From assembly GCA_036785375.1 (NCBI GenBank), contig JAWMAR010000361.1, forward strand, positions 620,001 through 684,000: a stretch of DNA of 64,000 nucleotides. Direction: 5' to 3'. A model generated the notes under the pieces. The model saw only the letters and a program-made list of their open reading frames with translations, ran no database searches and had not been told where the DNA came from. Position 1 is the stretch's first letter. Each line of letters opens with the position of its first letter. Shown here piece by piece: positions 25,331-38,740 of the stretch. The translations under genes were made by a program, and so were the position numbers. The stretch comes from Leucoraja ocellata. Taxonomy: Eukaryota.

Positions 25331-26527
25331 TTTACATAATCAGAATGGTTTAATTTGGCGATATTCTTAACAATTCTGAAGGCATTGTTAGAAATGTGGT
25401 TGTTTTTCACTGCTTGTTTCTGGCACGCTTTGATCATGATTCAGGATGGGAACACTATATCGCTCCTCAATGCAAAATGAAATTATACGCCCTCTGACTT
25501 CGGGACATACATTGGAAATGCCAGTTCTCGTTAATATTGATTGATGTCCGTCATGTCACATATAAATTACACACTTGAGAAACAGGGTGAGCCTTGCACA
25601 GGAATGCAGGACTGGACAACAGGAAAACCCAGACACCAGCAGAAGGGTGATGAATCCTTGGAATTTGTTATATGAAACCTAATTGTGTTTTGCACAAATG
25701 TAATTTATTTTTTATTTTTTCCTGTGATGCAGAATCTGTGGTAATTTATGTATGATTAATGTTCTTGTGCGTTGTCGGAGTCTGTTGTCGCATCTGTGCC
25801 TCTCCGTACCATGTAGCAATAAACTTGACCTAACTTGACATATAATGTGGGATAATTTCACAGCAGACATTTCTATTCAAGCTTCATAACATTTCTCAAC
25901 CTGATGTTTAAAAATCTGGTGCATTAATGTTATACCTGTTTTTAATGATGCTTCCAAGTTCATTATTACTTCATTGGCTACAAGCAGTCATAAGAACTCG
26001 GCAACTAAAGAATGACAGCTGGAAATGCCATCATAATACATAAGTGATATCCTTTCACTTCAATGGCTTTCCCTAATGTAATTGTGTAAATATTACAGAA
26101 AATTATGTTTTAGTTCCAAAATCCAAAGTCATTTAACAGATTAATAGTCATGTGTTCATCATGAACATTTATATGGCTGTATAAATTGTTTAGAATAGCC
26201 ATCTCCAGTAATGATGACTGGTGTTAATGGCTGCTTCATACCACAGGAAATGTTATTTACACTGTCTATAATGATGTTTATTTCAAAAGGCTCAGATGAA
26301 AGCCCATTTTGACTTTCTCTTCTGAGGGGAGCTGGGATTTCAAGCCATCCTTTCATTTGTTTAATTTTCTAAACTGTAAGGGGATTATCATCCGTAATGA
26401 AGTGACAAAGAGATGGTTTCAATTTTTTGCCCGTAGATTTTAACTGGATCTGGGATCTTCAACTGCGGATATTTTTAGTGTAAAATCATGCTGCCAGGGC
26501 AAAAACATTCTGGAGTCAAAGTGCAAT

Positions 26528-26850
26528 GGGCGGCACGGTGGCGCAGATGGTAAGTTACTGCCTTACAGCGCCAGAGACCTGGGTTCAATCCTGAATACTG
26601 ATTACGGGCGCTGACTGTACAGAGTTTGTACGTTCTCCCTGTGACCGCGTAGGTTATCTCTGGATGATTCGATTTCCTCCTGCTTTCCAATGTCATACAG
26701 GTTTGTAGGTTATTGGCTTTGGTAAAAAGTGTAAATTGTCCCTCGTGTGCAAGATAGTGTTAGTGTACAGGGTGTTTGCTGGTCAGCGTAGACTCGATGG
26801 GCCGAAGGGCCTGTTTCCACGCTGTATCTCTAACCTAAACTAAACTAAAC
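26528..26850 (+). mobile_element. Full-length HE1-like V-SINE
   Basis: A box TGGCGCAGATGG, B box GGTTCAATCC, LINE-derived tail GGGCCGAAGGGCCTGTTTCC, and (CTAAA)n end. Confidence 0.92.
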
Positions 26851-27742
26851 AATGGGAATTTTTACTGGAATGAACAAGGATATCAATCAGAATGTGGCTA
26901 ATTTGTGTTTTATTGGCTCTCCAGTTAAAGGAACCTATTAATAAGGTGTTGATCCTGACAGACAAGATGGTCCCAGATTCAATCTCTAGTTTGAACTCAG
27001 GTAGCTAATTTCATTCAGGATGGTCAAATATGGAGCATTAGCATTGGCCTTCGATGCCCCAGTCTGGGAAATTGAATAAGACAAAAGAAAAACATAATTG
27101 CCACTCCTGATTTGGACTGTGTGACAATGATGGAAGTGGTTACTGTGTTAGGTGTGGTACTTGCTCCAAGATCCAATAATCAGCCATGTGGTTACTCATG
27201 AAGAATGGCCTCTCACGAGATGACTTCTGGAATCTGGAAATCAGTCACATTGGGGTAAGTGACATTGGATGAGGTCTGAAGTACCAACTCATCATCCCAA
27301 GTCCCCAATTTCAATCAATCTAGACTTGCCTGAAAATTCCCTTTGGAATCATGGGACATAGTCACAATGATTTGGCCTGTCGAGTTGAATTGGAGTCTCC
27401 TCCTACATGAAGGTCAGAAATTGTATCATAAAGTCTCCCGGTCCCACAGGGCACTGAGAATACTGAGAGGCAGCATCGCGGGTGCTCAGGTTCCCGCCCA
27501 CACTACGAAGATGTATGGGTTTGTAGGTTAATTGGCTCCAGTAAAATTGTAAATTGACCCTAGTGTGTAGGATAGTGTTAGTGTACGGGGTGGTCATTGG
27601 CCGATGTGGACTCGGTGGGCCAAATGTTTCCTGTGTCCATGCCGTATCTCTAAAAAAAATTATTTCGTCCAGGATTGCAACTCTGTGTGAATATCAGCAT
27701 TAATCATTGCTTTTACAATGTTACCTTGAATAATTAATGAAG

Positions 27743-28060
27743 GCAGTCACGGTGGCCCAGCGGCAGAGTCGCTGCCTTACAACGGAAGCAGCGCCGGAGA
27801 CCCGGGTTCGATCCCGATTACGGGCGCTGTCTGTACGGAATTTGTACGTTCTCCCCGTGACCTGCGTGGGTTTACTCCGAGATCTTCGGTTTCCTCCCAC
27901 ATTCCAAAGACGTGCAGGTTTGTAGGTTAATTGGCTTGGTGTAAATGTAAAAATTGTCCCTCGTGGCTGTAGAATAGTGTTCATGTGCGGGGATCGCTGG
28001 TTGGCGCGGACCCGGTGGGCCGAAGGGCCTGTTTCCGTGCTGTATCTAAACTAAACTAAA
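27743..28060 (+). mobile_element. Full-length young HE1-like V-SINE
   Basis: A and B boxes (GGTTCGATCC), CpGs largely retained, (CTAAA)n end. Confidence 0.92.
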
Positions 28061-29155
28061 ATTCGGATTAACAGTGATAAGCGCCCTACGAACCAACACT
28101 CCATTTATAACCTGTCAAAGAATGGTAACATTTAAAGTCGTGACTTTCAAAGCAGGAATTAATACTTCATTGAAACGCAGCATAAACAAATATAATGACT
28201 CAATAACAAATGACTGTAATCACTGTATATTTACTTATGTCAAATCCTTATAAATAGTTTAACAATTGATTATCATTTCAAATAGCTTCCCAACCGGCGC
28301 CAATACCATTTAAAAAAAGAAGTGATTTTCTTGCCAGGTTAAAATGATCATCAAACAATGCTGAGCTGAATGTATAATGATGAAAAATACAGACATTTAA
28401 AACAAATTTGAAGATATAACAGCGATGGAGACTCAAGATTACACAAATGTTGCTGTGAAATTGCCTGTCAAATATTTCATCCTTTTCGCACAGGAGAAAT
28501 AATTTAATTAAAGGAGCAAATGATTGTCCCCTGGTCGGTAGCAGTAACCATGTTTATTGTACTGGATGTACTTTCTGTTCTACACTGTTTTATTCATTGA
28601 TGCTAATGAAACTTAATATTGGAAGCAGAGTAGTGCGTGAGGCCATTACAATAAGATGTGTTTGCGCTGCGGACTTTCTAGGCTGATGAATTTCTAGGCT
28701 AATATTTCAGAAAATGCATCATGTATTAAATATCTTTAGACTTCGGAGGAACAACACGGTGACAGGCCCTTCGGTCACCGAGTCGGCTCTGACCAGCGAT
28801 CATGTCGTATACGGGCATGTGGCACGGTGGGCAGTGGTAGAGTTGCTGTCTTACAGTGCTGGAAGCACAGGTTTGACCCTGTCTGTACGGAGTTTGCATG
28901 TTCTCCTCGTGGCTTTTCTCAGGGTGTGGGAGGCAGTTTCCTCCCCCACTACAAAGACATACAGGTTTGTAGGTTAATTGGCTTTGTAAAAAAATTGTAA
29001 ATTGGCCCCCCGTGTGTAGGATAGTACAGGTGTACAGGGATGGTGCAGACTTGGTGGGCTGAAGGGCCTGTTTGCACAATGTATCTCTAAATTAAACCAA
29101 CAAAAACTGAACACTAACACTATCCTACATATGAGGGAAAATTTTACAACTTACT

Positions 29156-29351
29156 TCTTCTTCTTTTCGTGTTCATCTTGTTACAAATGTTGACCTCGCT
29201 GTCATCGTCTGTCCTGAAAAGGACGCGAGCTGCCAGCGACAATCAGTGGGAGCCATCACCGGTCGCGATAGATGATGGTGGTGGCTGAATTAGCTCAGGA
29301 TACTTCCAGTTTCCAGCCCCGTGACATGGACACTTCTGCTATGTGGGACCC
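29156..29351 (-). mobile_element. 5'-truncated non-LTR retroelement 3' end with (GAA)n tail, nested in a SINE
   Basis: 11-bp TSD TACAACTTACT at 29145-29155 and 29352-29362. The host SINE at about 29110-29525 is collinear on both sides. Confidence 0.8.
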
Positions 29352-31025
29352 TACAACTTACTAAGGGCAATTAACCTACAAATCTGTACATCTTTAGAGT
29401 GTGGGAGTGTGCGCACCCGGAGAAAACCCACGCAGTCACAGGGTGACAGTACAATCTCCGTATAGACAGCATCCGTAGTCAGGATCGAACCCGGGTCTCT
29501 GGTGCTGTAAGGCAGCGATTCTTATATTTTTCTCTCTCCAGTTCTCTCCGTGGTCTGAAGACTGTTAGTGCATTATTGCTGCCCGACATTGTGCCACGAC
29601 ATTGAACGGACTGTTCACGGGCGTGGAAGCTTTCTGCCTCTAATCACTGGAGCTAAACCCTTGTCAGGGTATCAGTCTGCAGAAAGCTTTTGTCTGAAGA
29701 AAGGTCCTAATTCAAAATGTTGTCTGTCCATTTTCCACCACAAATACCGGCAGACCCATCGAGTTCTTCCGGCATTTCATTTAGCTCAAGGTGTCAGAAT
29801 CCCACTGTTCTATAACAATGCAAGCAGTCAGATTAGAGATTCTGAATCGACACAAAAAGCTGGAGTGACTCAGCGGGCCAGGCAGCATCCCTGAAGAGAA
29901 GGAATGGGAGAAGACCGTACAATTATTAATATACTTTTAATTGATGATAGAGAGGCCAAACTAAAGATTGGAAGAAGTACTTTGATTAAAGTAGGAACTG
30001 AAAAGCCAATTTAAAAAAAACTTGAAACAAAATTATATTTAAAAATCTATGGAATCTATGGGATTTAAAAAGAATTATTCTTTGGAAATCAATGTCCACG
30101 TGTTGAAAAATATTTGGACATGCACATGTATAGGGCAGGTTTAGAGGGATATGGGCCAAATGCATACAGGTAGGACTAGTGTAGATGGGGCATGTTGGTC
30201 GTTGTGGGCAAGTTGGCTGAAGGGCCTGTTTCCATGCTGAATGACACTATGACTCTAATTGGAGTTTTTCAGGACCAGAATAGATGTTCAACATGAATCA
30301 TGGCATGAGATTCAGCACATGCAATATTTTAATTCTTATTTTCAGTTAAGGTAGAGGATAAATAGTTGAAGATTCTGAGAGTTTACAGATTTACCATGAG
30401 TTCCCTTCATGCCCACTGCAACTGCTACTCTTAGAGTAGCAAGAATCAGTGACTGCAATGTCATTAACTGTGCATTTGTAAACGCTAGGAATTGCAATCT
30501 GATTTCTCCCATTGTAACAGTGAACGCTGGTGGTCTTAGAGCAAACTTGGACTATTGCTTCAAATCATCGACGTGACTAGTGCTCAGCAACTCCCCAAAG
30601 CACCATTTTTCAAACTGAAAAATGAAAGTAAATATTACAAATCTAACTTAAATAGGAACTAATTAACTTCTAAAAGATGATCAAAGGCCAAGATTCCATC
30701 TTTAACCTCATCAGAAGGCACTTTATAGAATCAGCTCTTGAGTATAATGGATGAAAAGTATCAAAAGGACTGAATTAAAAAAACTAAATTGGACAGTGCC
30801 CATCTGAGAACATGGAATTACATTTCTGTACATCAAGATAGCAAAGCAGCGGCAAGCGTGACATTTTACCAATGGAGACGGGGGTTACTGCCAATTTGTC
30901 TACAGAAAGGGAAGAACATTACTTTTTAATGGCATGCCTTATTGCTTCATTTAAAGAATGCCAGAGGACACTTCAAGGACTATCAAGCACCCAGTTAGAC
31001 AGAGGCTGACATGCAAAGCACTAAC

Positions 31026-31121
31026 CTTTGTGTAACAACTCGTGTTTGTCAGGTGGAATAAATTAAACTGATCATCTTCAGAGTGCATTCTATGAGATGT
31101 AAAACCATGTAACTTGGTTAT
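31026..31121 (-). CDS. Candidate exon 6 of unidentified gene (ITKLHGFTSHRMHSEDDQFNLFHLTNTSCYTK)
   Basis: Strong acceptor tttttctccctgtattttccattaacag and donor AAG|gttagt. 96 nt; only phase 0 is open. Confidence 0.6.
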
Positions 31122-31749
31122 CTGTTAATGGAAAATACAGGGAGAAAAATATAAAATGCAGCAACACACAGCAAACTTAATATATGCAAAACATATTGAT
31201 GAGTAGAAAAGGCATTTTCTCAAGTCTATTTATAGAGAACGCATTTGCGATGATAATGTTACTAAGACTGAATTACAGTTGCTCGATGGTTAGATGATAA
31301 TGATGCCATTTCCAGTTGAAGATTGAAATTATGGTAAATAAATAGAACTTAGTTAAAATGTACGGGGGAAAAAAAACATTACCCCAATTACATAAAGGAC
31401 AATGTTTGATACACTTCAGGCCAATGGTAATTTTCCATATACATACAGGAATTATTGACGAGATATAATGATGATTAGTCCTGTGCTTATTTAGTCAACG
31501 TTCAGTCAGTCAGAAATATTGTCCATTGTATAATCATGGTTTTCCAATCCAACCATTTATTAAAAGCCTTCACCCCTCCACTCAATCTTTCCCTTAAATA
31601 TTGCCTCTTTACTTGCAGAGTGTGTGTTTATTTCAAACAGCCAAAGAGGAAATGAACGGCTGGGGTAATGGTTGATTGATTATTAATCAGATTTGTGTGA
31701 ATAATATTATCACAATGCTGCATGGAAAACAAATGTTTTTGGTTGGGCA

Positions 31750-32250
31750 AACATGGATTGTTTTCTCTGGAGCTGAGGCTGTCAGAGACTGAGGAGAGAC
31801 CTGATAGAAGAAGTCTATGAGACTATGAGAGGCAAAGATAGGGTAAACAGAATCTTTTTTTTATTCCCAGGGTAGAAATGTCAAATTCTAGAGGGGATCG
31901 CTTTAATGTGAAAGAGGCAAAATTCAAACAAGATGTGCGGGCAGGTTTTTTACACAGAGTGTGTGGGGGGGGGGGGGGGTGGGGAGTAGGGGTGGGGGTG
32001 GGGGTGGGGGGGGGGTGGAGGGGGAGTGGGGGTGGGGTGGGGGGCTTGGAACGGATTGCCAGGGATGGTGGTGGAGGTAGATACTATTGTGGCATTTAAG
32101 AGGCTTTTAGAAAGACACATGGACATGCAGGGAATGGAGGGATATGGATCATATGCAGGCAAGTGAAATTAGTTTAGTTTGGCTCGCGTTTGGCACAGAC
32201 GCTGTGGGCCAAAGGGCCTGGTCCTGCACTGTACTTTCCCATGTTCTATG
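31750..32250 (+). mobile_element. Old CR1-clade LINE fragment with G-rich expansion
   Basis: RLRRDLIE..SNSRGDRFNVK remnant; G-tract at about 31964-32045. Confidence 0.7.
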
Positions 32251-32646
32251 CTTTAAAATAGGTTCTGGAAATAGAATAAATGCTGGAACTACCCAGTACA
32301 CGTGGAAATGGAAAGAGGGTATATTTTTCAACTCAGTAATCTTTTGTTAGAATGGGTTCATCCTTGCCAGGTTCCTGAAAGCATAATTAGAATTGAAAAA
32401 AAAAAATCTTTCTCGCTTTTTACTTAAGAGCACTTATCCAAACCCTGCCATATTGCATTGGGCACTCTCTGCCCCATGGTGCATTGTTCAATTCCTAGTG
32501 GTGAAGGTACATCGCAGAACCTCGTGAGTTTTGTAATTTACTCACCAGGAATGAGTTACTGTTCTTATATAAGTGATGTATAACTACAAACACATTCATC
32601 GACATTCTAATGCCCTGATCCGACAGATAACTTTGACCCCTCTGAG

Positions 32647-32985
32647 CATAGAAACATAGAAACATAGAAACATAGAAATTAGGTGCAGGAGTAGAGGCCA
32701 TTCGGCCCTTCGAGCCTGCACCGCCATTCAATATGATCAGGGCTGATCATCCAACTCAGTATCCCATACCTGCCTTCTCTCCATACCCTCTGATCCCTTT
32801 AGCCACAAGGGCCACATCTAACTCCCTCTTAAATATAGCCAATGAACTGGCCTCGACTACCCTCTGTGGCAGAGAGTTCCAGAGATTCACCACTCTCTGT
32901 GTGAAAAAAGTTCTTCTCATCTCGGTTTTAAAGGATTTCCCCCTTATCCTTAAGCTGTGACCCCTTGTCCTGGACTTCCCCAACA
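32647..32985 (-). mobile_element. Young CR1-clade LINE 3' fragment
   Basis: ORF 32756-32986 is nearly identical to the other young copies; (CATAGAAA)4 tail. Confidence 0.95.
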
Positions 32986-33896
32986 TAATGTAGGGTTGGC
33001 GTGGGGTGGGGTGGGGTGGGGAGGAGACTCATTGCCTCTTGAAGTCATTTTACAGGGTTTAAAAAATGAGTGTGTGTGTCCACTCCATTATACAATTTGG
33101 AAATTGTATATTGTTGCTAGTATGCAGGACAGTGCTTGTGCATGGAGTGATTGTTGGTCGGCACGGACTTGGTGGGCTGAAGGGCCCGTTTACATGCTGT
33201 ATCTCTGAAGTCTAACTTCTCGACTTCATTAATCTATTTAAGTCCAAAATTCAACTTTGTATGCTTCAAAATCAACGTCATGTATAAAATTATATGTGCT
33301 TTCCAAAGATGTCTCCCTTTTCTCACCCACCTTCAGATGCTCAACATGCCTTCTCCAATTGATAGCTTTAAGCTGCATTCTTATTTAAGAAAATGATTGA
33401 TGGTGTTCCATTGTTCAATCCCTGACGTTTCAATGCTCTGTAACTGAATGTCACTGAGACATTGAAACCCTCTCCATGGACCTAATCCTTGGCATCACAT
33501 TTGTAAATATTAGTTTGATTAATATGAGCATGATTGCTTGTTTATTAAATTGCTTCAAAGTTGCATACACATTTCATGTGACACGAATGATGAGAGTGAG
33601 GTGAGTTTTTGTCTATAATCAGTTCATTTCATCGTAGATATTTGAGACACAAGACGACAACTACACAAGGTCAGATGAAGGCCATCCAACATGCCAGATG
33701 TGAATATATCTGCTGCAATTTTGCGGATGGTTATGCTTCCGAATAGTTTCAAAGTTATAACGTATTACAGCTTTTAAAAGTGTATTACACATCAATATTG
33801 CATTGGACTTAATAGACGTTAGCAGCAAACATTCTGAGAAATACAGGAGTCACATTGGTCATTTAAAAAAATAACTATTATGTAAAATACTCTTAC

Positions 33897-34022
33897 ATCC
33901 ATCCTTTCAAATTTAGGTATTGTGTAGTAAATTGGTCCTACATGAGTATACTTCACCCTCAGATCATGGTTGATCTCAGAGGCCAATGAACCAAAGTCTC
34001 CTGACATCGCTAGTCGGGTCTT
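33897..34022 (-). CDS. Candidate exon 5 (KTRLAMSGDFGSLASEINHDLRVKYTHVGPIYYTIPKFERMD)
   Basis: Acceptor gttttatttag and donor GAT|gtaaga. 126 nt, phase 0-0, open, in unique sequence. Confidence 0.6.
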
Positions 34023-34043
34023 CTAAATAAAACCCACAATAAT

Positions 34044-34168
34044 TTGAAGAAGGGTCTCGACCCAAAACGTCACCCATTCCTTCTCTCCAGAGATGCTGCA
34101 TGTCCCACTTAGTTACTCCAGCCTTTTGTGCTTTTCTTCGGTTTAAACCAGCACCTGCAGTTCCTTCC
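34044..34168 (+). mobile_element. Solo Penelope-like terminal repeat beginning at the hammerhead core
   Basis: Starts TTGAAGAAGGGTCTCGACCCAAAACGTC. TSD CCCACA(A/T)TAAT at 34033-34043 and 34169-34179. Confidence 0.82.
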
Positions 34169-34629
34169 CCCACATTAATCTATATCCACAATTCTATATT
34201 GTTCCTAGACAATAATTTTTTATAAATGCTGTAATTAGCTATCTAACTACTACACATTCAAATCTATTAATAGAACCATAAGACTGTAGGAGCAGAATTA
34301 GGAAATTCGGCCCATTGTGTCTGCTCCACCATTTGATCATCACTGATCTATTTTTCCCTCTCAACCCCATTTTCCTGCCTTCTCTCCGTAAATAAATTTC
34401 TCAGTTTATCCTCAATAGGCTGATCTCAACTGATCGTTATTTTTCTTCTCAAGAAAAGAAAAGCAAAACTTTGACAAGCAACACCAGATTCCTCCGTGAC
34501 CACCAAGCCACAACTGCAGAATAACTATTAGGTGTTGGCATTGGTTACATCCTTGAGCATGCATGTTAAGTTGAAAGAAAACAAATGAATGTATAGGCTC
34601 GATTCTCCTATCTCCAATACATCTGAATA

Positions 34630-35140
34630 AGTCAACGTATTAGCACAACCCGATTATACACAGTGCTATTCGTATCCGGAAACAGCTGAAACTCAGTCTT
34701 AAATTGAGAAACATGTCTCTCCTTCTTCCCATTGCAAATAATCCCTCTTTTAAACCGTCTACTTTAGATGGTGTGTTTGCTCAATGGAAGAATCAGAGAT
34801 TCAACACTGTTGGAGACCTCTATCAGAAGAGGACTCTCTCCTCTTTCCAAGAACTGCAGGAGAATGCCAATGATTTGAATGCCAATAATTTTTTTAGATA
34901 TCTCCAACTTCGAGATTACGTGAAAACATATACACAAGATTGTTCTCTTATGGGTCCTGATATATTAGATGACTGTTTGAATAGACATGCCGATACAAGC
35001 AAGCTGATATCTTACATTTATAATACCCTTCTAAATATTGACACTCCACCTTCTGAGATCTATAGGCGAGCATGGGAGGATGATCTGGGTCAACACATTT
35101 CGAAAGATATATGGGATGAAAGCCTACAATACATACATTG
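34630..35140 (+). mobile_element. L1-clade LINE ORF2 internal fragment (post-RT region)
   Basis: ORF 34704-35180 LLPIANNPSFKPS..GDLY..FFRYLQLRDY..WEDDLG is typical of fish L1 ORF2. Joined at about 35138 to a PLE tail. Confidence 0.8.
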
Positions 35141-36327
35141 CCTATTTTCTTCGCTCCATAGATGCAGCCGCACCCGCTGAGTTTCTCCAGCATGTTTGTC
35201 TATCCTGGTGCGTTAAATGTGCTTTGTGACTTGTGAATTTGCGATTTGACATATTTGCAAGTCCCCAAATATCAATGGTTCAATGGTTCAATAGTGTTTC
35301 TTTTGTCACATGTGCAACTGCACAGTGAGACTATTTTGCATAGTTACACAAGCGGGCATTGCCATATTTTGACATCAATTCCAAAGTCTAAAGTCGTCTG
35401 CTCTGCTGACCGACCCTAGTTTCCACAGATTCACCACCCTCTGACTAAAGACATCTCCTTCTAGGTAAGTACCTGAGGAGGGGCTGGTTTGGGTGGGAAG
35501 GGATTAGTTAACCAGGGAACTGCAGAGGGAATGGTCTCCTCGGAAGGCGGAAAGGGGTGGAGATGGGAAGATGTGACTAGGGGTGGGATCCCGTTCGTGG
35601 TGTAATAAATATCAGAGGATTATGTGCATTATGTGACGGTTGATGGGGTGAAAGGTGGAGCACTAGAGGAACTCTGTCCTTGTTACAACTGGGGGAAGGG
35701 GGAGCAAGAGCGGAGCTGCAGGGTATTGAATAATGGTAGTAATTTCAAATATTGGCCTTGCCACAAAATGACCCCTGTAATTAAAACTTTGTACATGAAT
35801 GGCATTTCATATACACGACCTTGATCTGCTGAGAATTCCCTCTATTATAAGCAGATTATAGTCCAGCAATGGGTGATAATGAGTTACTTACAATTGCAAC
35901 ATAAGATAGAAAATGAATGTTAGAGACTTGGTTATTAGGAATAATTGTTGATGTTTTTGATGCGGAGCCAGGATTGGAGAATGTTTAATTACTGTTTCAC
36001 CCAACATGAAGCCTTAAGTCTATGATCATGAAGCAATACGCTTGGTGGTGATGAGCTTGATAGAATATTTCTGAATACATTTCACTGTGTGCAGCTTTAA
36101 TTTGCACATTTGATCCACTTCCTTTTTCATCTTATACATGCTGATTGGTGAAGCAGCATGATTATTCCATGCAAATATATTTAATGTTAATGTTTGTTCC
36201 TGGTGGGTTTTAATGGATTTGTAGGAAAACAATATTTTTGCAATAGAAGAATCAGAGAATAATTTTTCTACATACTAAGTGTATATATATGACATATGTG
36301 TGTATGTGCATATGTGTTTCATTGTAG

Positions 36328-36670
36328 AGGGGTGGGATGGGGGGAAGGTGGGGAGTGGGGGAGCGTGGGGATAGAGTGGTGGGTATGGAAGGGAGAGGAA
36401 GGGGAAAGTAGTGGAGGTGAGGAGGGAGAGTGGGGGAGTGGGATGCAGGGAGGTGAGGAGTGGGAGAGCAGGGAGATAGAGGGGAGGGGGGTATGGAGGG
36501 GAGAGGAAGGGGAAATTGGGGGAGGTGAGGAGGGAGAGTGGGGGAGTGGGATGCAGGAGGGAGGGAGTGACTAAGGGAGGGAGTGACTGAGGGTAGGGGA
36601 AAGGAGAGGGAGGGACATGTGTAGGAAGGAGTGGGGGAGGGGAGGAGGAGAGGGAAAAGAAGAGGGCGAG
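36328..36670 (+). repeat. Polypurine/G-rich low-complexity tract with ~108-bp internal duplication
   Basis: GAGAGGAAGGGGAAA..GGGAGTGGGATGCAGG recurs near 36393 and 36501. Confidence 0.85.
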
Positions 36671-36923
36671 ACCCTTCCACACCTTTCCACGTCCTCCAGA
36701 GATGCTGCCTGGCCCGCTGAGTTACCTCGGCGCTCGTGTTTTGTGCTCAGCATCGGCAGTTCCTTGTGTTTGCCTTCCATGAGCTTAATATTTCCACAGT
36801 GATTTGCATCTCGGCAAGCAGTTGTGGGTCAAATTGACCATGTGCATTTGGGATACAGCTGTAAATGAATTAGTTTGAAATGAACTTGTTTTAAAGTTAA
36901 TATTCTCTGTTGCGGTTTGATAC

Positions 36924-36982
36924 CTTAATGGGACTTTCCTCTCCTCTCTCTCCGTTTATAATGCATAATGCTGCTATGAGGG
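36924..36982 (-). CDS. Tentative exon 4 (A-LIAALCIINGERGEESPIK)
   Basis: Donor AAG|gtatca in phase 0. Several phase-1 AGs are possible (tatttgtatgccag used). Bridges the phases of exons 3 and 5. Confidence 0.3.
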
Positions 36983-37712
36983 CTGGCATACAAATAACCC
37001 TATTGTGGTTCATAGCTGAGATGATTGCATGCAGGATACGTACATGACATATTTGAAAGACCCATAACTCAAAGGCCATAGGCAGTGAAAGATAGAATGG
37101 AGATCAGTCTCCAACAGAATACTCTGTTTATTCTGCTGCAGCAAATGGTTTTTTAAAAACCTTCAATGACCTTAAATTAATTCTCCGGAGCTGTCATCAG
37201 TTAAATGACAATACAGATATGTTTATTATTGTTGTGATGAAACAGTCCAGTGCTAGCTGTTCCCCCTCTGAAGGGATATGTGTTTGGTGCTGACAGAACA
37301 TTTTTAGAGAGATATTAACTATTCATTGTGGGTGGTTGATGTATGATAAAGTAGGAAAGGATGATCAAACGTTGTTTTATATCATCACGTGCTAGATAAA
37401 CCGCTCTGTATATCAGTGGAAGCACTAATCAATACAGTCAATATAATCAATATGGTCTACCCTTGTTACCACAGACCTCTTTATAACGGATTTCAGCTAT
37501 AGCGGACAAAATCTGATGTAACCGAGTCATCCATTTGTATCAGGGCTAAAGGACTGAGCTTGTTGCTTTGTGGAACGTGCGGGCAGCGGTTGGAGCAAAT
37601 TCTGTCTCAGTCTGTGTTTACCTCAGCTCAGTGCCAAAGCATTGTTGTGTGCTCACTCTGACTACAGTGCTCACTCCGCTTGCTTTAATTTATCAGTGCA
37701 GTGGTTGACTAC

Positions 37713-38030
37713 AGGGCCTGTGCCACGAGCATGCGACTGCATGCGGATAGCGCGACCTAACGTGGTCGCTTGAGCCGTACGGCCTCGCGGGGCCGATCCC
37801 ATTTCGATCGCCGGAGCCGTATGGAGTTGTGCGGAGCTGGTCCCGACATCGCACGGGGCTCCGAAAAACTGACACTGTCCAAAAATCCCGCGCGGCAACG
37901 GCCTGTCGGCCCGCAGCCACAATTGAGGCCGTACGCAGTGACTCAACGCCGTACGCAGCGTCTTGATGGCGTACGCCTAGCGCGAACCTTCGACGGACTT
38001 CGCTAGAACCTCACGTCAACTCGTATGCTC
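37713..38030. mobile_element. Truncated Harbinger-like element (one TIR), CpG-rich
   Basis: Begins AGGGCCTGTGCCAC, resembling the shared Harbinger TIR; no partner TIR found. Confidence 0.55.
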
Positions 38031-38129
38031 AACTTCTCCGTGCCAATCAAGATGCCCGTCTACATTCGTCTCATTTACCTAAGTTCGACCCGTATCCCTC
38101 AAAAAATTCCAAAATGCCGCCTACACAAG

Positions 38130-38208
38130 TTTGGTGGCCTTGCACCCTGCTTGAAATGGTAGGAAACTGCACTTGAATTTGGTGGCCTTGCACCCGGCTT
38201 GATATGGT
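38130..38208 (+). repeat. 48-bp-period tandem duplication
   Basis: TTTGGTGGCCTTGCACCC(T/G)GCTTGA(A/T)ATGGT at 38130 and 38178. Confidence 0.8.
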
Positions 38209-38321
38209 TCGATCCTGACTACGGGTGCTATCTCTGTGGAGTTTGTACATTCTCCCTGTGACCACGTGGGTTTTCTCCAAGTGCTCCAGTTTCCTTCCAC
38301 ATGTCCAGGTTTGTAGGTTAA

Positions 38322-38740
38322 CCAGACAAACGTTTCTGAGTCTGTCTGGTGCATCATTGCCACACTCATCAAAGAAGTTATTTAGTATACGAAGCCAGTG
38401 CTTCCAATTCTTTGCAGCAGCAGGCGAGTTGGGATCCAGATCCAAACGTTGTGGTTTCAGTAGCTTCTCCATCCCAAGTCGGACCGTTTGACTTCTGAGA
38501 TAAGTTGCTTAAATTGTTGTGAGATAAATGAAACTTTCACTATTCGTAATTAACTTAACTTTATTTAAGCTTTAAGCAACTTATTTCTGCAATACACAAA
38601 CTCAGAAACGTCTGGCAAACATGGCTGATTCCGCAGGCTTTTCCCGCTCGAAATACTTCGCACATGCGCACACTCTAGAAATGTCCTGCGCATGCGCACA
38701 CTCTAGAAGAGCTCCGCACATGCGCACATGCGCCCACTTC
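38322..38740 (-). mobile_element. Ty3/Gypsy LTR retrotransposon fragment: partial 5' LTR, PBS and gag N-terminus
   Basis: MEKLLKPQRLDLDPNSPAAAKNWKHWL (ATG at 38472) is gag-like. The LTR ends ..CACAACA at 38515 and has AATAAA at 38560-38565. Embedded in an HE1-like SINE. Confidence 0.75.

Noticed and set aside
26528-26600. tRNA gene
   Set aside because: The A/B boxes are the head of a multicopy SINE; there is no complete cloverleaf and the sequence continues into the SINE body.
32556-32640. Additional exon ending at a gtgagt donor
   Set aside because: Acceptor choice is ambiguous; the better acceptor gives a phase incompatible with exon 6, and the model does not need it.
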